A stretch of 64,000 nt of DNA from Isurus oxyrinchus. Its lineage: Eukaryota. A program made the translations under genes and the position numbers. Positions 37,486-51,504 of the stretch are shown piece after piece; positions within the stretch are counted from its first letter, which is position 1, and the number at the start of each line of letters is the position of its first letter. The notes under the pieces are model-generated. The model ran no database searches, had not been told where the DNA came from, and worked only from the letters and a program-made list of their open reading frames with translations. The DNA is taken from positions 930,001 through 994,000 of the forward strand of contig JANJGN010000151.1 in NCBI GenBank assembly GCA_026770705.1, written 5' to 3'.

Positions 37486-37524
37486 TGTTCTTGTTCGGGT
37501 CCAGCTCTGGTTCCTCTCGCTGTG
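37486..37524 (-). promoter_or_regulatory. VH 3' recombination signal sequence, 23-bp spacer
   Basis: CACAGCG, 23 nt, ACAAGAACA on the minus strand. Confidence 0.93.
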
Positions 37525-37829
37525 GTCTGTTGCACAGTAATAGATGGCGGTGTCTTCAGTCTTCAGGCTCGTCATGTCCAAGGAGAAGATGTTCCTTGAA
37601 GTGTCTTTGGACGCAGTGAATCGATTCTTAATTGCTGGGGCATAGTTGTTGCTGGATGAACTATAGTAGTAAACCAGCCACTCCAGCCCCTGTCCGGGAA
37701 CCTGTCGGACCCAATACATGTAAGCACTGCCAAGATCGAAGCCGCTGGTTTTACAGGTCAGTGTCAGGGAGCCTCCGGGACGCCCAGTCTCTGCCTCTGG
37801 CTGAGTCAACACAACCTCCGACTGAACAC
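37525..37829 (-). CDS. IGHV: Immunoglobulin heavy-chain V segment (shark IgM VH): [47 protein letters not shown]...[10 protein letters not shown]
   Basis: Open frame with conserved Cys, WVRQ, GLEW and DTAxYYC. Acceptor is TTTTTACAG, and an RSS follows immediately. Confidence 0.97.
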
Positions 37830-37958
37830 CTGTAAAAATATATCAAAAACCCCGAGGATTAATCCTGGTGAAATGATTTCTGACTCTGTAACATTCCAGA
37901 GAGAGACTAACACTGAGACAGTAACAGTGAGAGACTTGGACAATAAAAAACTACTCAC

Positions 37959-38004
37959 GGGATAAGAAAGTCAGCAACAAACTGAGAGAAATCGCCGACC
38001 TCAT
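37959..38004 (-). CDS. IGHV: IgM VH leader (signal peptide) exon, MRSAISLSLLLTFLS(R); an in-frame upstream ATG at 38016 would add MTKT
   Basis: Hydrophobic leader ending in a phase-1 donor C|GTGAGTAG. It splices in frame to the acceptor at 37829 to give ...[13 protein letters not shown]. Confidence 0.93.
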
Positions 38005-38039
38005 CGTTTTGGTCATTTGGGGAAAATGGTTCTGTCCAG

Positions 38040-38180
38040 AACTCAGTGAACAAACCAGCTCCCGGACTGTTGGATTCCGGCCCCAGTGAGTGGCATTTAA
38101 ATACCCGGCAGAAAGGGGCGGGTTTCCAGGCGCCGCCTATTGATTCCCTGGTGGAGGCGGCGACTGGATCCACGCCCCAC
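38040..38180 (-). promoter_or_regulatory. VH promoter: TATA-like TATTTAAAT (38095-38103), GC box (38115-38122), no canonical octamer
   Basis: Motifs lie 90-120 nt upstream of the leader ATG in a GC-rich patch. Confidence 0.6.
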
Positions 38181-40984
38181 CAGAATGGACTCGATATTTA
38201 CAATAGGTTATTGTGAAAAGTGGAAATTTTATCTGTATCGGGATATTTGGCTGAATGGATTCATTGTAATGTCTCCATTGGTTCTAATGGCGAAATTGCA
38301 TTTGAGCGTCTATTAATAAAAATCTAGTTCCATTCTAAATTAAGTCCATTTATTTCTACACTACTGCCCCCGCGGTTGAGCCTAAAAAAATTACATTATC
38401 AGGGAATAAAGGTCAGTCTGTTTTGCAGCAACCCCGGGTCTATATCTCACTACAATAATTAAGTGTCATCAGTCATAGGAATTATTATTGATTTTTGTAA
38501 CTAAATGCGGGGGATGAACAACGTGATTCTATTTACAGCCAGGGTGGCTATCGCTGTACAATTTGGATCCGAAGATAAGAAGAATCTCCTCACATTATAC
38601 AATGCCTCTCCTTGCATTTCTCGATCTGCCCAGTTCCAAAGACAGCCCTGTGAAAATTAGCGATAAAAGAAGCCCGCCTGCCTGATAAGTCAACAGTAAG
38701 TTTACAGAGAAACGTAAAATTTACATCAACTTTTGACAAAGAAGTTAATGAATCAGAACAGACACGGAGATCAGAAAAGTTATCCTTCAGCATCCAAATC
38801 ATTGCAGCTAATTTTATTGGCCTCCCGCTGTCTACCATTCACTGGTATTGGGAACACAGGATATCAGGACTTTGCGGCATATTACACAATATCACAAGAA
38901 TAAATGTTTTATCTGGTCACGAACTTATGATTTCTCCACTCATTGGCAGCTATGAGCGGGACTGTTAAATAATCGAAATCATCACAAAGTAAACTGTACA
39001 GTTCACGGTACTAATGAGGTATAAGGGACACCACAGGCTAAATGAGGTGCACAACTGGAGGAATATTCAAGGAATTCCTGCAGGTTCAATACAATTCTAT
39101 GATGTTCTTTTAATTTAATTTCTTTTAATTTTTTTTCCATTCTACTTAACTCATTAGACTGGGGGATTGAGACCATCAACATCGCTCTCTCGCACTCCAT
39201 GAAGTTCTTAATAAACCAGCTTTAATAACTGGAATGTCCTTTACTTAGAAATAATATAAATTAAGTAATATGTGGTGAATTTAATATTTTCTGATCGAGT
39301 TTAATTTCACAGTGAACACGGCATTCATTCAAATATTTCCTTTAATGAAGTACCATTTAAAATGTGCCTTTCCTGTGCCACAGAAATATTTATTGTTTGA
39401 ATGGCTAAAGCCATTTTGTTCAATCATATCCCGGCTAATCCGACCCACACAGTATTTGGAAGCAAGCCAGCCAGCTGCAGTCAGGGAGGGTCGAATGTCC
39501 GATGTTGTTTACAGGAAGCATCTGGGGGGTTTGTGCAGTTAATCAAAGATCTGTTTCCTCAGAACTGGCCGCTTGGCTGCAAGCCAACTTCAAACCCTTA
39601 GCATTGTCAACAAAGCCTATTTATAAACAGATCTACCCAGCAACAACACTGGAGTTACTTTTATTTTTTAAGTTGTGAACCTATGTGAACTGTTCCCATC
39701 TCTCAGGGAAGAAAAGTTATCCAGCTTCTCTGACACCCTGTTAGCAACAATAGCTCAATGGAGGATCTCTCCAACACATCATAAAAGTCTGATGGATGGA
39801 TGGAAAGAATTACAGACAGACTATTAGAGAGGACTCAGAGAGACATGTTTTTAACAGTCAAACATATACATTTGTGTGACTTTTTTGACCCTTTACTCTT
39901 TCACGGTATTTGGGAATCATTGGCAAGGCCAGCCTTGCTCGGCCATTTCAGAGGGCAGTTAGAGTCCATCATGTTGCTGCGGATCTGGAGTCACATGTAG
40001 GCCAGACTAGGTACAGTGGCAGATTTCTTTTCCTGAAGGACATTAGTGAATCAGATGAGTTTTTTTCCACAATCGATGGTGGTTTCACGGTTTCCTTCAC
40101 TGGACCAGCTTTCAATTACAGATTTATTATTGAATTTAAATTCCACCAGCTGCTATGGTGGGATTTGTATTCGTGTCTTCGTTGCTTATCCAGTGACATT
40201 AATACAACACAACCATCTGCCAAAGAATGGAGGGATGAATGGTAGTTGGATGCCTGAATATTTTGATTAAGGAATCAATGAATGGGTTGACCGACGTATC
40301 GATCGGCGCGCCTGAAAAATGCTGTTCTACCTTCCCATCTTGGTGCATGACTACTTTATATCTTGAAGCAGGTTCAGTATTTTATTTCTATCAGTCTAAT
40401 ACCTTCAGCGCCTCCAGATTTTCTGGATGTATTCCATTCCCAGGCTAACGAGCTAAACGTCACAAGAGAAGGCTGGAGATGTCTCTGCAGTACTGATGAT
40501 TCTTCCCCGCTGATGGTAAATCATCATCTTTCAGACAGAAAGCGGGTACATAATTCGGTTTAGGATGGAGGATTGTAATATTTGAAATATGTGGTCCTTG
40601 CATGTACAACAAAACATTCAACATATCCTCACCCAAATTAGTGAAGGTAACATATATTACTCACTGGAGAGACGCATTAACTTATAGTCAGGTCCAGGTA
40701 GTTTTCTTTTTACCATCACTTTACAAATCCTCACACAATCCAGTTACATATCAGGAGTTTCTGTGTGATGATGAGGTGATTACTTGTCAATAAAGCGCAG
40801 TGGCTGCTGGGTAGCTGCTCATTAACCTCGGTCTGGTTTAATTCCATTTCCCACTGAATTCTGGGTCAGATGTAATTCATTGCTGACAGAATGGTCTATC
40901 AATGTTAATGATATTAAATGAATCGCAATTACATTTGAATGGAATAAAATGCTGAAAATGATTGGCTCATGCAATTATTAATCT

Positions 40985-41222
40985 TTGTGAATGGATGATA
41001 ATTTCTGAGCTTAATTATTTGTCTTGTGAATTGATGGCAATTGGTGAATATAATTATTTATATTTGTGGGTTAATGATAATTGGTGAATATAATTATTTA
41101 TCGTTGTGAATTGATGCTAATTGGTGAATATACTTATTTATCTTTGCGAATTGATGATAATTCTTGAATATAATTATTCACCTTTGGGAATTGATAAAGG
41201 TTGGTGTTGATAATTATTTGCC
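40985..41222. repeat. 40-bp AT-rich minisatellite, about 6 copies
   Basis: TTGTGAATTGATG..AATTGGTGAATATAATTATTTA recurs at 41024, 41064, 41104 and 41144. Confidence 0.85.
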
Positions 41223-41229
41223 TTTCTCC

Positions 41230-42790
41230 GCCTTTATGACCTTCTTCTCTGTTGAAAGATAAGATTCATTCCACAGGAGGTGAATGATACAAAAATCACC
41301 ACACTATCTGAAAACAAAGCCGACAGGTGAGACTGCAACAACTACAGGGATATCTCACTCATAGAGTCACGGAGAAGGCCATTCCTTGGGTCATGCTTTA
41401 AAGACATCATCTGGTTTCAGGCTGAAACACAGTGTGATGTTTGTGTCAGATGATAAACTCTGGACATGATTTGCTCCATACCCTAGACACCGTCAGCAGA
41501 GCAGGACTCTACAAGATTTTTGGGAAAATTGGCTGTTCACCAAAGCTCCCCAGTCTCATCCACTCCTTCCATGACAACATGCACTGCACTGCACAGATTG
41601 GTGATTCTTCTTCCGACAGATTCGGAGTGAAGAATGGAGTGAAACAGGCTTGTGTCCAACTCCCACTCTGTTTTCATGCAGCTGATCTTTGTCTTCCCTG
41701 TCGATATGGAAGGAGTCGACTTACACACTCGATCAGACCACAAGCTCCACAATCTTTTAGACAGAAAGCGAAGACAAAAACACATTGAATCCTGATCAGA
41801 GAATTCCTCCACGCTGATAACTCTGTCATCAAAACGGAAACTTATCCACAAAGACTGATGAACTGACTGTCCCAAGCCTGTAACTTGTTCTCCCTGCCTA
41901 TAAACATGGAGAAAACCGTGGTCATGGGATAAGGTGTTGCATTTCCGTCATTGATCACACTAAATAACAAACGGATGGAAGTAAATTCCGCTCCCTGGAT
42001 TCCATGGTGATAGGCAGCTTGTTCCTTGATGAAGAACCTGATACCCACATGGGGAAAGCAGCTGCCACCTTTGCCTGACTCATGAAACGCCCCTGGAATA
42101 ACATCAGACTGACCCTTAGGACCAAGCTGATGGCTTTTAAGGCTTATGTACTCAGCACCTTGTTAAATGGCTGTGAAACATGGGCGATTTACCGTTATCA
42201 AGTAAAGAAGCTCCACAATTTCCATCTTCAATACCTGCTGCGCATTATGGGTATGTACTGGCTGGATAAAGTCACGAATGCAGTGATACTCTCAAAGGCA
42301 GAGCTCCTAAGGCTGAAGAACTCATTAAACAGAAGTGGTTTTTGTGGCTTGTGAACATTCGCAGATGGAAGATGGTCACAGACACGAGGATTTTCTGTTT
42401 GGTGAGGGAGCTGGAGGCAGACAACCAGTGGGATGCCCAAAGCTCTGCTTCAAGGAAGCTTGAAGTGAAGGCCCTAAATATCGATTATCACAACTGAGTG
42501 TAACTAACTGACCACTGAGGAAAATGACGACACCTCCTGTGGATTGGCGTGAATCACCACGATGACCAGCGGCTAAAGTGGTTTGGAAATCGAGGCCAAC
42601 ACCGGAAAAAAAACCTAGCCACAACGACACTTTGTAGCTTCATGTGCAGCACTTGTGGCACAGCCTGCCTCATAATGATTGAACTCCTTAGCAATGAGCA
42701 CATCTGAAATGGGTTTGTTTCCATTGTGTGTCTGTGACCTTTCATAGATGGAATGTTGTCCAGAATCTTCGTGAATTTCAGTTGCAAACA
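41230..42790 (+). mobile_element. RTE-clade LINE remnant
   Basis: GDCNNYRDISL, LIHSFHDNM, GVKNGVKQ, VLSTLLNGCETW, WLDKVTN; multiple frameshifts. Confidence 0.85.
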
Positions 42791-44226
42791 ATGTGATGTG
42801 CTTCTCGCTCTTTCTCTCCCTCCCAATCTCCCTCATACACACACAGACCAAAATGGCACCTTGTGCTTCAACTTAAGATGTCACCTTGACTTCCTGGGAG
42901 GCTCCATAGGCCTTAACTATTGAAGAAAATGACCCTAACGGTCTATCAGGTGGTATCATGAACTAATAAACTCTTCCCAAGATTATATTTGTTGAGGTGG
43001 ATATTAAAGCTCACGCCAACTCTATACAGCTCCCTGGTCAACATCCCTCCCTTTGATCAAGATGAACAAAGTTACATCACCGGGAATTGGGCCGCTTTAT
43101 TCTGGTGCTGACTTTAACGTGCGTTAATCAAACACGTTCAGCTGTAATTAGTTGAATTTTGTTAAATTTTGACACCTCCCGCAGAAGGCGATGTGGTATT
43201 ACATCTAGGGAAGTGGATTCTTGATACAATAATGTCAAAGATCTAACCTGACAGCGACATTTTCACAGTAGCAATTGCAAATTTTGGCCAGCAGATGGAC
43301 ATGAAATCTTGATGGACACATTCTATAAAACAGGCATTGTCTCAGTTATACTGCACGGGACCCTGTCTCTGTCTTTTTAAATTGAACTCCATTTATTTTT
43401 ATGTTAGACCAAACACTCTCTCTTTATATTTCAATGTATCCTGTTTCAATTAATACTGCACCAGTCAGTACCAATATTTATATTATACAGTCCGGAAGTT
43501 CCTAATTCAAACCGATCGGATTTACCTCTGCAGTCCTGTCACATCCAGTTGTAAATGGTGGTGGACAAGTAAACAAATAACTGGAGAATGGGGCTCCACA
43601 AAGTTGTGGCTCTGGAGTTATATGTATGAGAGGCAGTGATGTGCTGCTATTCTCACTGGGCTAGTAAATCGCTGGGGGTCTGGGTTTGAATCCCACCACG
43701 GTAGGTGGTGAAATTTGAATCAAAAAATCTAATGATGACCATGAAACCATTGTCATAAAAACCCAGCCTAACAAGCTGGTGTTCTCAAGGGGGCATTTAG
43801 GGACGGGCAATAAATGCTGGCCTCGCCAGCGCCGCCCCCATTCTCATGAATGAACAAACAAAAAATGTAGTCCTGACTAGGTAAGGAGGGCAGATTACCT
43901 TACCTAAAGGACATTGGTGAACCAGGTGGATATTTATGATATTTGATTATAGTTTCATGGTCACCATTTTTGAGATGAGCTTTCAATTCCAGATTTATTA
44001 ATCGAATTTGGATTCCACATGCTGCCATAATGGGATTCAAACCCCTATCCCCAGGGAAAAGGCTTGGATCTCTGGGTTAATTATCCAGTGACGTTCCCAC
44101 TGTACAATCGTCCCTCCCATGTTATACAGGATCCTGGTTCGATTATTAATTCCCTGAGAACTACATTATTTCTATTGTGCTGGATCAGGCCTCCGTTTGT
44201 ATTAAAATAGACCCTATCTCATTAAT

Positions 44227-44321
44227 AACAAAACAAAAACAGAATTACCTGGAAAAACTCAGCAGGTCTGGCAGCATCGGCGGAGAAGAAAAGAGTTGAT
44301 GTTTCGAGTCCTCATGACCCT
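44227..44321 (-). mobile_element. Short Penelope 3'-end insertion with 10-bp TSD TCTCATTAAT
   Basis: Matches the 12776-12866 arm; TSD at 44217-44226 and 44322-44331. Confidence 0.8.
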
Positions 44322-44477
44322 TCTCATTAATGTTCCACTGGAAGCCATCTCAGTTTGTATTGCACTGGATTCTTTCTCTGTTTATATTACACTAGGCCCT
44401 GTCTCTGTTTATGTTATATTAAATCTTGACTATGTCTACATTATAGTAGTCACTGTAACTATGACACTAGGCTATGT

Positions 44478-44615
44478 TTCTGAAGAAGAGGCATATGGAC
44501 TCAAAACATTAACTCTGTTTCTCTCTCCACAGATGCAGTCCAACCTGTTGAGTTTGTCCAGCATTTTAATATCTTTATTTTAGATTTCCAGCATTTGCAG
44601 CATTTTGCTTTTATC
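44478..44615 (+). mobile_element. Older Penelope 3'-end fragment (hammerhead core CTGAAGA)
   Basis: CTGAAGAAGAG..GGACTC.AAAC.TTAACT followed by the GATGC..CCTGTTGAG..CCAGCA tail. Confidence 0.65.
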
Positions 44616-46094
44616 TATGCCTCTGTTTAAATTATGGTCACATTACTCCATGTTTCTGTGAGATGGAGAGATAATATGATAAATAAAGACGTTAGGCTAG
44701 AAATCGGTATCTGGCAGTAGCCTGAAAGGACGGTATCGGATCAGCCGTATATGCTATGCAGCACTTGATATTCATTTTCAGTGCAGTCAGCAGAATTAGA
44801 TTTCAGATATCCATTCTTTTCCGGCGCCAAATGCCAATTTCCCACCTATGGAGTGGTATGTGTAGGCAGATGGAGGGCATTGTGTTCCCATGTGCTTGTT
44901 GCCCTTGTTATTCTGGGAGGTGGAGGTCACAGGTATGGAAGGTGTTGTTGAAGAGGCCTTGGCGAGTTGCTGCAGTGCATCTTGTGGATGGTACACACTG
45001 CAGCCACTGTGTGTCGGTGGCTAAGAGAGTGAATGTTTAACTGCTGGATAAGGAGCTTATCAAGGGGTTGATTTCCCTTGGTTGGTGTGGAGGTTCTTGA
45101 GTATTGCAGCAGCTACATTCGTCAAGGAAAGTAAACAATTTCTAACAGGTATCTGACTTGCAGATTTGCAGATGGTGGAAAGGCTTCGGGGAATCCGGAG
45201 GTGAATTATTCGTCACAGGATTCCCAACCTCTGACCTACTCTTGTAGCCACAGTATTTATACAGCTGGTCCAGTTCAGTTTCTGTTCAATGGCACCTGCA
45301 CATCGTTGATGGTGGGTTTCAATGACGGTAATGTCTTTTGAACATCAAGCGGAGATGTTTGGTTTCTCCATTGTTGGAGTTCGTCATTGCCTGGCACTTG
45401 TATGCCGCTAATATCACTTGCAACTTATCAATGCAAACTTGTCCAGTTCAAGAAGCAATAAGTAAGGACGGTTTCATTATCTGAGAGGTCATAAATGGAA
45501 CTGAACTCTGTGAAAATATGAGCGAACATCCCCACTCCTGACCCGGTGATGAAGGGAAGGTCATTGATCAAGCTGCCGAAGATGGTTGGACCAACGACAC
45601 TTTTCTGAGAGACTCCTGGAACTGGTGCTGAGATGATTGGTCTCCAACAACCACAACATCTTCATATGCGCCAGGTGTGACTCCAGCCAGTGGAGAGACT
45701 TGCTCCTGATTCCCGTTGACCTGACACTTTCCAAGGCTTCCTGATGCCACACTCAGTTAGTAGCTACTTTCACATCAAGTACTGAAGCACTCATACATCA
45801 TGTCTGGACGTTCGCTTTCTTGTCCATGTTCAGACCAAGTTTGCAATGAGCTTTGATGCTGGCTGATCCGGGTGGATCCAGTCTGAGCTTTGGTGAGCAG
45901 GTCGGCGACACCTTCAGTCACTTTACTGATGATTGAGAGTAGACTGACTGAGCTGCAAGGGGACAGACCTGATCTGTTGTCCATTATGAACAGCTCTCTA
46001 TTTTTACACTATGGTTCATCATTTTCAGGTATGCCTGGTCTTGCTTCTGACCTGCTGGCCTACATTCCTCATTGTTCCTAGACTGGATGTTAGA

Positions 46095-46770
46095 CTCATA
46101 GACTCATTGACGTTTACAGCACAGATGGGGGCCATTCGGCCCATCATTTCCGCCCTGGTAAAGAAAGATCTGACTACACTAATCCCATTTTCCCGTGCTT
46201 GGCCCATAGCCCTGGAGGCTATGGCAGCTTAAGTGAACATTTAAATCCTTCTTAAATGTTACTAGAGTTTCTGACTCAACCACCCTTTTGGGCAGTGAGC
46301 TCCAAATTTCTACCACCCTCTGGGTGAAAAAGATTCTCCTTAACTCCCCTCTTAGCTTTCTACCTCTTATCTAAAATCTCTGCTCTCTGGTTTTTGACCT
46401 CTCTACTAATGGAAAAGGTCACCCTACCTATGCCCCTCAGCAGCCCGTCAACCATCGTTGCTCCAAGGAAAACAGCCCAGCCTATCCAATCTTTCCTCAG
46501 AGTTCAGATGTTCCAGCCCAGACAGCATCTAGGTAAATCTTCTCTGCACTCTCTCCAGTGCAGTCACATACTTCCTAGAAATGTGGTGACCAGAACTGCA
46601 GTAGTGCTCCAGTTGTGGCCTAACCAACGTTTTATACAGTTCCAGCATAACCTCCCTGCTCTTGTGTTTTATGCCTCAGCTAATAAAGGCAAGTAACCCA
46701 TATGCCTTCTTAACCACCTCATCTACCTGCTCTGCTACCTTTAGGAATCTGTGGATATGCACACTAAGGT
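46095..46770 (-). mobile_element. CR1-type LINE 3' fragment
   Basis: Homologous to the 51505-52580 and 3455-4670 copies. Confidence 0.75.
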
Positions 46771-47314
46771 TTGAGTGAGGGATATTCTGGTCCATGAGGT
46801 TACAGGGTGTGATTGAATGCAACTATCCTGCTGTTATTGACCAACAGTATCTCGTTGATGCTAAGTTTTGAGCTGCTAGATCTGTTCTGAATGTATCCCG
46901 TTTAGCACAGCGGCAGTGCCGCACAACACAATGGAGAATGTGCTCAGTGTGAATACCGGCCTGGGTTTCCGCAAGGACAGTGCAGGGGTCAATCACATTT
47001 ATATCAATAGTGTGGTGGGACGGAGATCAGGTAAGGGTTTCCCTCGTGTTGGCTCTCTAACCATCTGTGGCAGGTCCATCCTGTCAGATACATCATTCAG
47101 GACTCATCCAGCTCCGGCATTCTTGGTCTTGTCAAATGGTAATTGATTTTGCAAATTCACAGTATATTCGTTGCCCTTGCTACCCTCAGTGTTTCTTCCA
47201 CGCAGTGCTAAAGATGAAGGAGCACAAATTCATCAGCTGAGGGAGGGCAATAGGTGGTAATCACCAGGAGGTATCTCCACCCATATCTTATCTGGTTCTG
47301 TGGGACTTCAATAT

Positions 47315-47700
47315 GGTGTCAATATTGCTGCTCTCCACCATGTCTCTGTTAATATTACACTCAGCCTATCTCATTGTTACTGCTCTAGTCTGTGATTCTG
47401 TTTCTGTAATACTAGATCCTGTCTCAGTATTGCTGCTCTCCACCATGCCTCTGTTTGTCCTACACTGGGCCTGTCTCATTGTTACTGCTCTAGTCCATGT
47501 TTCTGTTTCTGTAACATTGGACTCTGTCTCAGTTATTGCTGCTCTCCACCATGTCTCTGGTAATATTTTACTAGGCCTGTCTCTTTGTTACTGTTCTAGA
47601 CCATGTTTCTGTTTCTGTAACATTAGGTCCTGTCTTAGATATTTATGTAATTGTCCTCTGTTTATATTACATTAGTATATTCCCTTACTTTATTGCACTA
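47315..47700 (+). repeat. Diverged 27-bp-based minisatellite related to the large satellite
   Basis: CTAG.CC.TGT.TCTGTT.... units. Confidence 0.7.
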
Positions 47701-47899
47701 GAGCCTGAAAATAGGAGTTAAATGGTTTAATTTAAACAGCTGCAATATAAGAGAGGTCTGTGGATCATGAACACAAATCTGGGATGCAGGAAGGACAAGT
47801 CATAACATCTAAACAGGCCCCCATGTTAATTGCTCCCACCATCTTGCTGCCTTATCTTCACTATTTCCACCCCAGCCAATTTCCACATTATGGCACGTG

Positions 47900-48720
47900 T
47901 GTAGTGCAGTAATAACAGAGGCAGGGTCTAATGTAATTTAAATACAGATATGATCTAGCACAGAACTGAGACAGTGGCTACTGAAATACAGAGACAGTTC
48001 TAGATGAATATATACAGAGACAGGTCAATTATAATATAAACAGAGACAAGGCCTTGTTTAATATAAGCAAAGACAGGATCTAGATTAATATAAACAGAAA
48101 CGGCGTCCAGTTTAATATAAATAGAGACAGGGTCTAGTGTATTATAAACATACAGAGCCCAGTTTAATATAAACAGTGGCATGACCTTGTGCAATATAAA
48201 CAGAGACCGGATCTAACGTAATATAAACAGATACAGCGTCTAGTGCAAAATAAACAAAGGCATGTCGAGTATAATATTAACAGAGACATGCCGAGTGTAA
48301 TATAAACACTGACATATCAAGTGTAATACAAACAGGGGCAGAGCCTAGTATAATATAAACAGAGACACGGTCTAATGTAATGTAAACCAAAATAGAGATC
48401 AGTGCAACATAAACAGAAACAGGGTCTAGTGTAATATAAACCAGGGCAGGGCCTAGTGCAATATAAACAGAGACAGCGTCTCATGCAATATAAACAGAGG
48501 CATGTCGAATATAAGGAGACATGTTGAGTGTCATATAAACACGGGCAGGGCCAAGTGCAATGTAAACAGAGACACCATCTAGTGCAATATAAACAGATAC
48601 ATGTCAGATGCAATATAAACAGGGACAGGGCCTAGTGCAATACAAACAGAGGCAGGGTTAACTGTAATATAAACAGAGACAGGGTCACGGTCGAAAGCAA
48701 TATCAAGACAGGGTCTACTG
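47900..48720 (-). repeat. 27-bp monomer satellite (AATATAAACAGAGACAGGGTCTAGTGT), inverted relative to the 51-64 kb array
   Basis: AATATAAACAG recurs with about 27-bp period. Confidence 0.88.
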
Positions 48721-49700
48721 TCCCATCAAACGCTCCTAGGACAGGTGCAGCATGGGACTAGGCACAGAATTTAAAGCTACCTCTACATTGTCACATTGAA
48801 CACTCCCAGGGAAGATGCAGCATGGGTTAGAGAGAGAGAAACTCCCTCGACACTGTCACCATGAAACATTCCCGGGGCAGGTACAGCAAAGGTTAGATAC
48901 GCTTGGACACGGTCTAGTGTAATGCATAAACAAGGCCCACGGCTCCATCAAACAGCCCCAGGACAGGTGTAGCATGGGGCTACATTAATAATGTAAAGTT
49001 CCCTCTACATTGCCGCATGAAAATCTCCCAATGCAGGTATAGCACAGGTTAGATTCAGAGTGAATCTCCCTCGACACTGTCACCATCAAACATTTCCAGG
49101 ACAGGTGCAGCACAGTTCAGAAACAGGGTAAAACTTCCTCTACATTGTCTGCTCAAACACAGTTGAGGCATGTAAGGTTATATGCAGTGTAAGGTTTCCT
49201 CTGCACACTTCATCAGACATTTCCCAGGTAGCTCGACACTGGGGACAGGTAAAGAGGAAAGCTGCCTCTGAATGTCACATCAGGTATTTCCAGGGCTTAG
49301 ATAGGGGCAAATCCCCCTCTACAGTGTCTACAGCCATGTCAAATATAGCGTAGTTTAGATGCAGAGTGAAGCTCCCTCTAAACGGCCCTATCAATCAGGT
49401 ATAGCACAGTTTAGATACAGAGTAAATCTCCCTCTACACAGTCGTATCAAACACTCCCAGGGCTGTCACAGTGCAGGTTAGGTGCAAAGTAAAGCTCCCT
49501 CTACACTCCATCAGACACGCCAAAGGCAGGAACAGCACGGGTTAGATACAGGGAAAGGTCCTTCGGCATGGCCACATCAAATCTACCCTCCTGGCTGCAA
49601 CACAGGTTAGATACAGAGTAAAGTTTCATCTGCAGTTTCCCACCAAGCACTCTCAAGTCAGTGAATGCTCAAAACAGATTTAGAATAAAGTTCCCTCTAC
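48715..49700 (+). repeat. About 68-bp shark minisatellite (..ATCAAACACTCCCAGGACAGGTACAGCACGGGTTAGATACAGAGTAAAGCTCCCTCTACACTG..); dispersed units also at about 18600, 22500, 32100-32340 and 32960-33110
   Basis: Recurring unit. Confidence 0.8.
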
Positions 49701-51504
49701 GGATTATAATCCATTTCATTTGATCAATTTAGTTTGAAGTGTATGAATCGGGCTGAGAAAATATATTGGCTAGACATTGACTTCATGTTGTGGAGTAAAG
49801 ACAGTGACCCATGGTGGAGAGACAAGACAAAGTACCAGAGAGGAGAGACAGAGAGAGAGAGAGGATACAGGACATCCCTACAAACACATTTGCCATGACA
49901 TTATATTTCATGATCAATGGGAATCTTACTTAATTCTGAACATAGATATCATCGTGACATAATTCTCATATAACTGATTTTAAAAATGCCCAAAAAAATT
50001 GCTACTGAAATCGGTTGATGTATTTGCATGTTTGACTCTATTTCTGTGCTGTGTTGATGGGGAAATATTTGCTGTGCTTTTGTGTATCCAGAATCTAATC
50101 TGGGACTTCTATTTCTGTGTTTATTTACATAAACGCCTCATTGGTTTCAATGAAGTGTTCATGGCAGCAAAACCAGATAAACATAGACACTTATTGATTG
50201 GGTTCAACTCAAAACAAGGGTTTATTTTAAGAATATTGACAGTTGGTACAAAATTACTAGAAACCTTTTCAACATCCATTAGAACAGATGTTATTTATTT
50301 CAAATAATTAAAAATACATTTAAATTAATAATTCAATTCTGAAAGTGCTACCGTCACAATCAATGATGAATATTTGAACAGGCTGGGATTAGACTCAATG
50401 TCAATTTGTTGGAAGATTTAACTGATTAAAAATGGACAATTTAAAACAGCAGCCACAGAAGTGACCTATAATCATATTAATCTCAGAGTTTTCAACATAT
50501 CACAACTAGCATTTTGAAATGTTAACATTTAGGAAGAATTTACATTTATAGAACGCAGCTTATGACCCCAGGACATCCTAAAGCCCTTGAAATTCGTTGA
50601 TGTACATTTGTTGAAGTTTTGTCACTGCTGTGATATTGGAAATCCATCTGGTGATTTGTGCACAGCAAGCTCCCACGAATAGAGCTGTGAAAAATGATGA
50701 GATAATATGTGATTTTAGTTGAAGAATGAATACGGGACTAGGACAGTGGGGAGAACATTCCTGCTCTATAGATTGGTACTAAGGGAGATGTTGCACCTGT
50801 CATCGGCCTGAACATTTGACCTGTCCCTCTCTCTATTGATGCCCACTAACCTGCTGAGTGGTTATTTTTTGCCCTGCCTTAGATTTCCCAAACCTGCAGT
50901 ATTTTGCAGTGTTTTAATTCGTTCTTGGGATATGGCGTCAATGATGAAGTAATTCTTGCACTTGGCCCTGTCTCAGTTTATTCTAGTCCAGACCATATAT
51001 CAGGAATCACTGCACTAGACACTGTCTCAGTTTATATTAATTTAGACCCTGTATCATTAATCGCTGCAGTGGACCCTGTCTCAGTTTACATTAATCTAGA
51101 CCCTGTGTCAGTCATCTCTGCACTGGACATTGTCTGAGTTTGTATTAATCTACACCCTGCATCAGTAACCACTGCACTAGGCCCTGTCTCTGTTTATATT
51201 AATCTTGACCCTGTATTAGTAATGACTGCTCTAGGCCCTGATTCAGTTTATATTAGTCCAGACCTTCTAACAGTAATCATTGGAAAGGACACTGCCTCAG
51301 TTGATATTGATCCTGATCCTGTATCATTAATTCCTGCACTAGCCTCTGTCCTAGTTTATAATAATCTCGTCCCTGTGTCAGTAATCACAGCACTCGGCCC
51401 TGTCACAGTTTGTATTAATCTAGATTCTGTGCCAGTAATCACTGCACGAGACGCTGTCTCCCTTGATATTGATCTAGACCTGTATCAGTAATCAGTTTAT
51501 ATTA

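Noticed and set aside
19599-38004. Assignment as IgW, IgNAR, IgM1gj or a germline-joined gene
   Set aside because: Four Cmu-type domains, an IgM tailpiece and separate RSS-flanked V, D, D and J segments indicate a conventional unjoined IgM.
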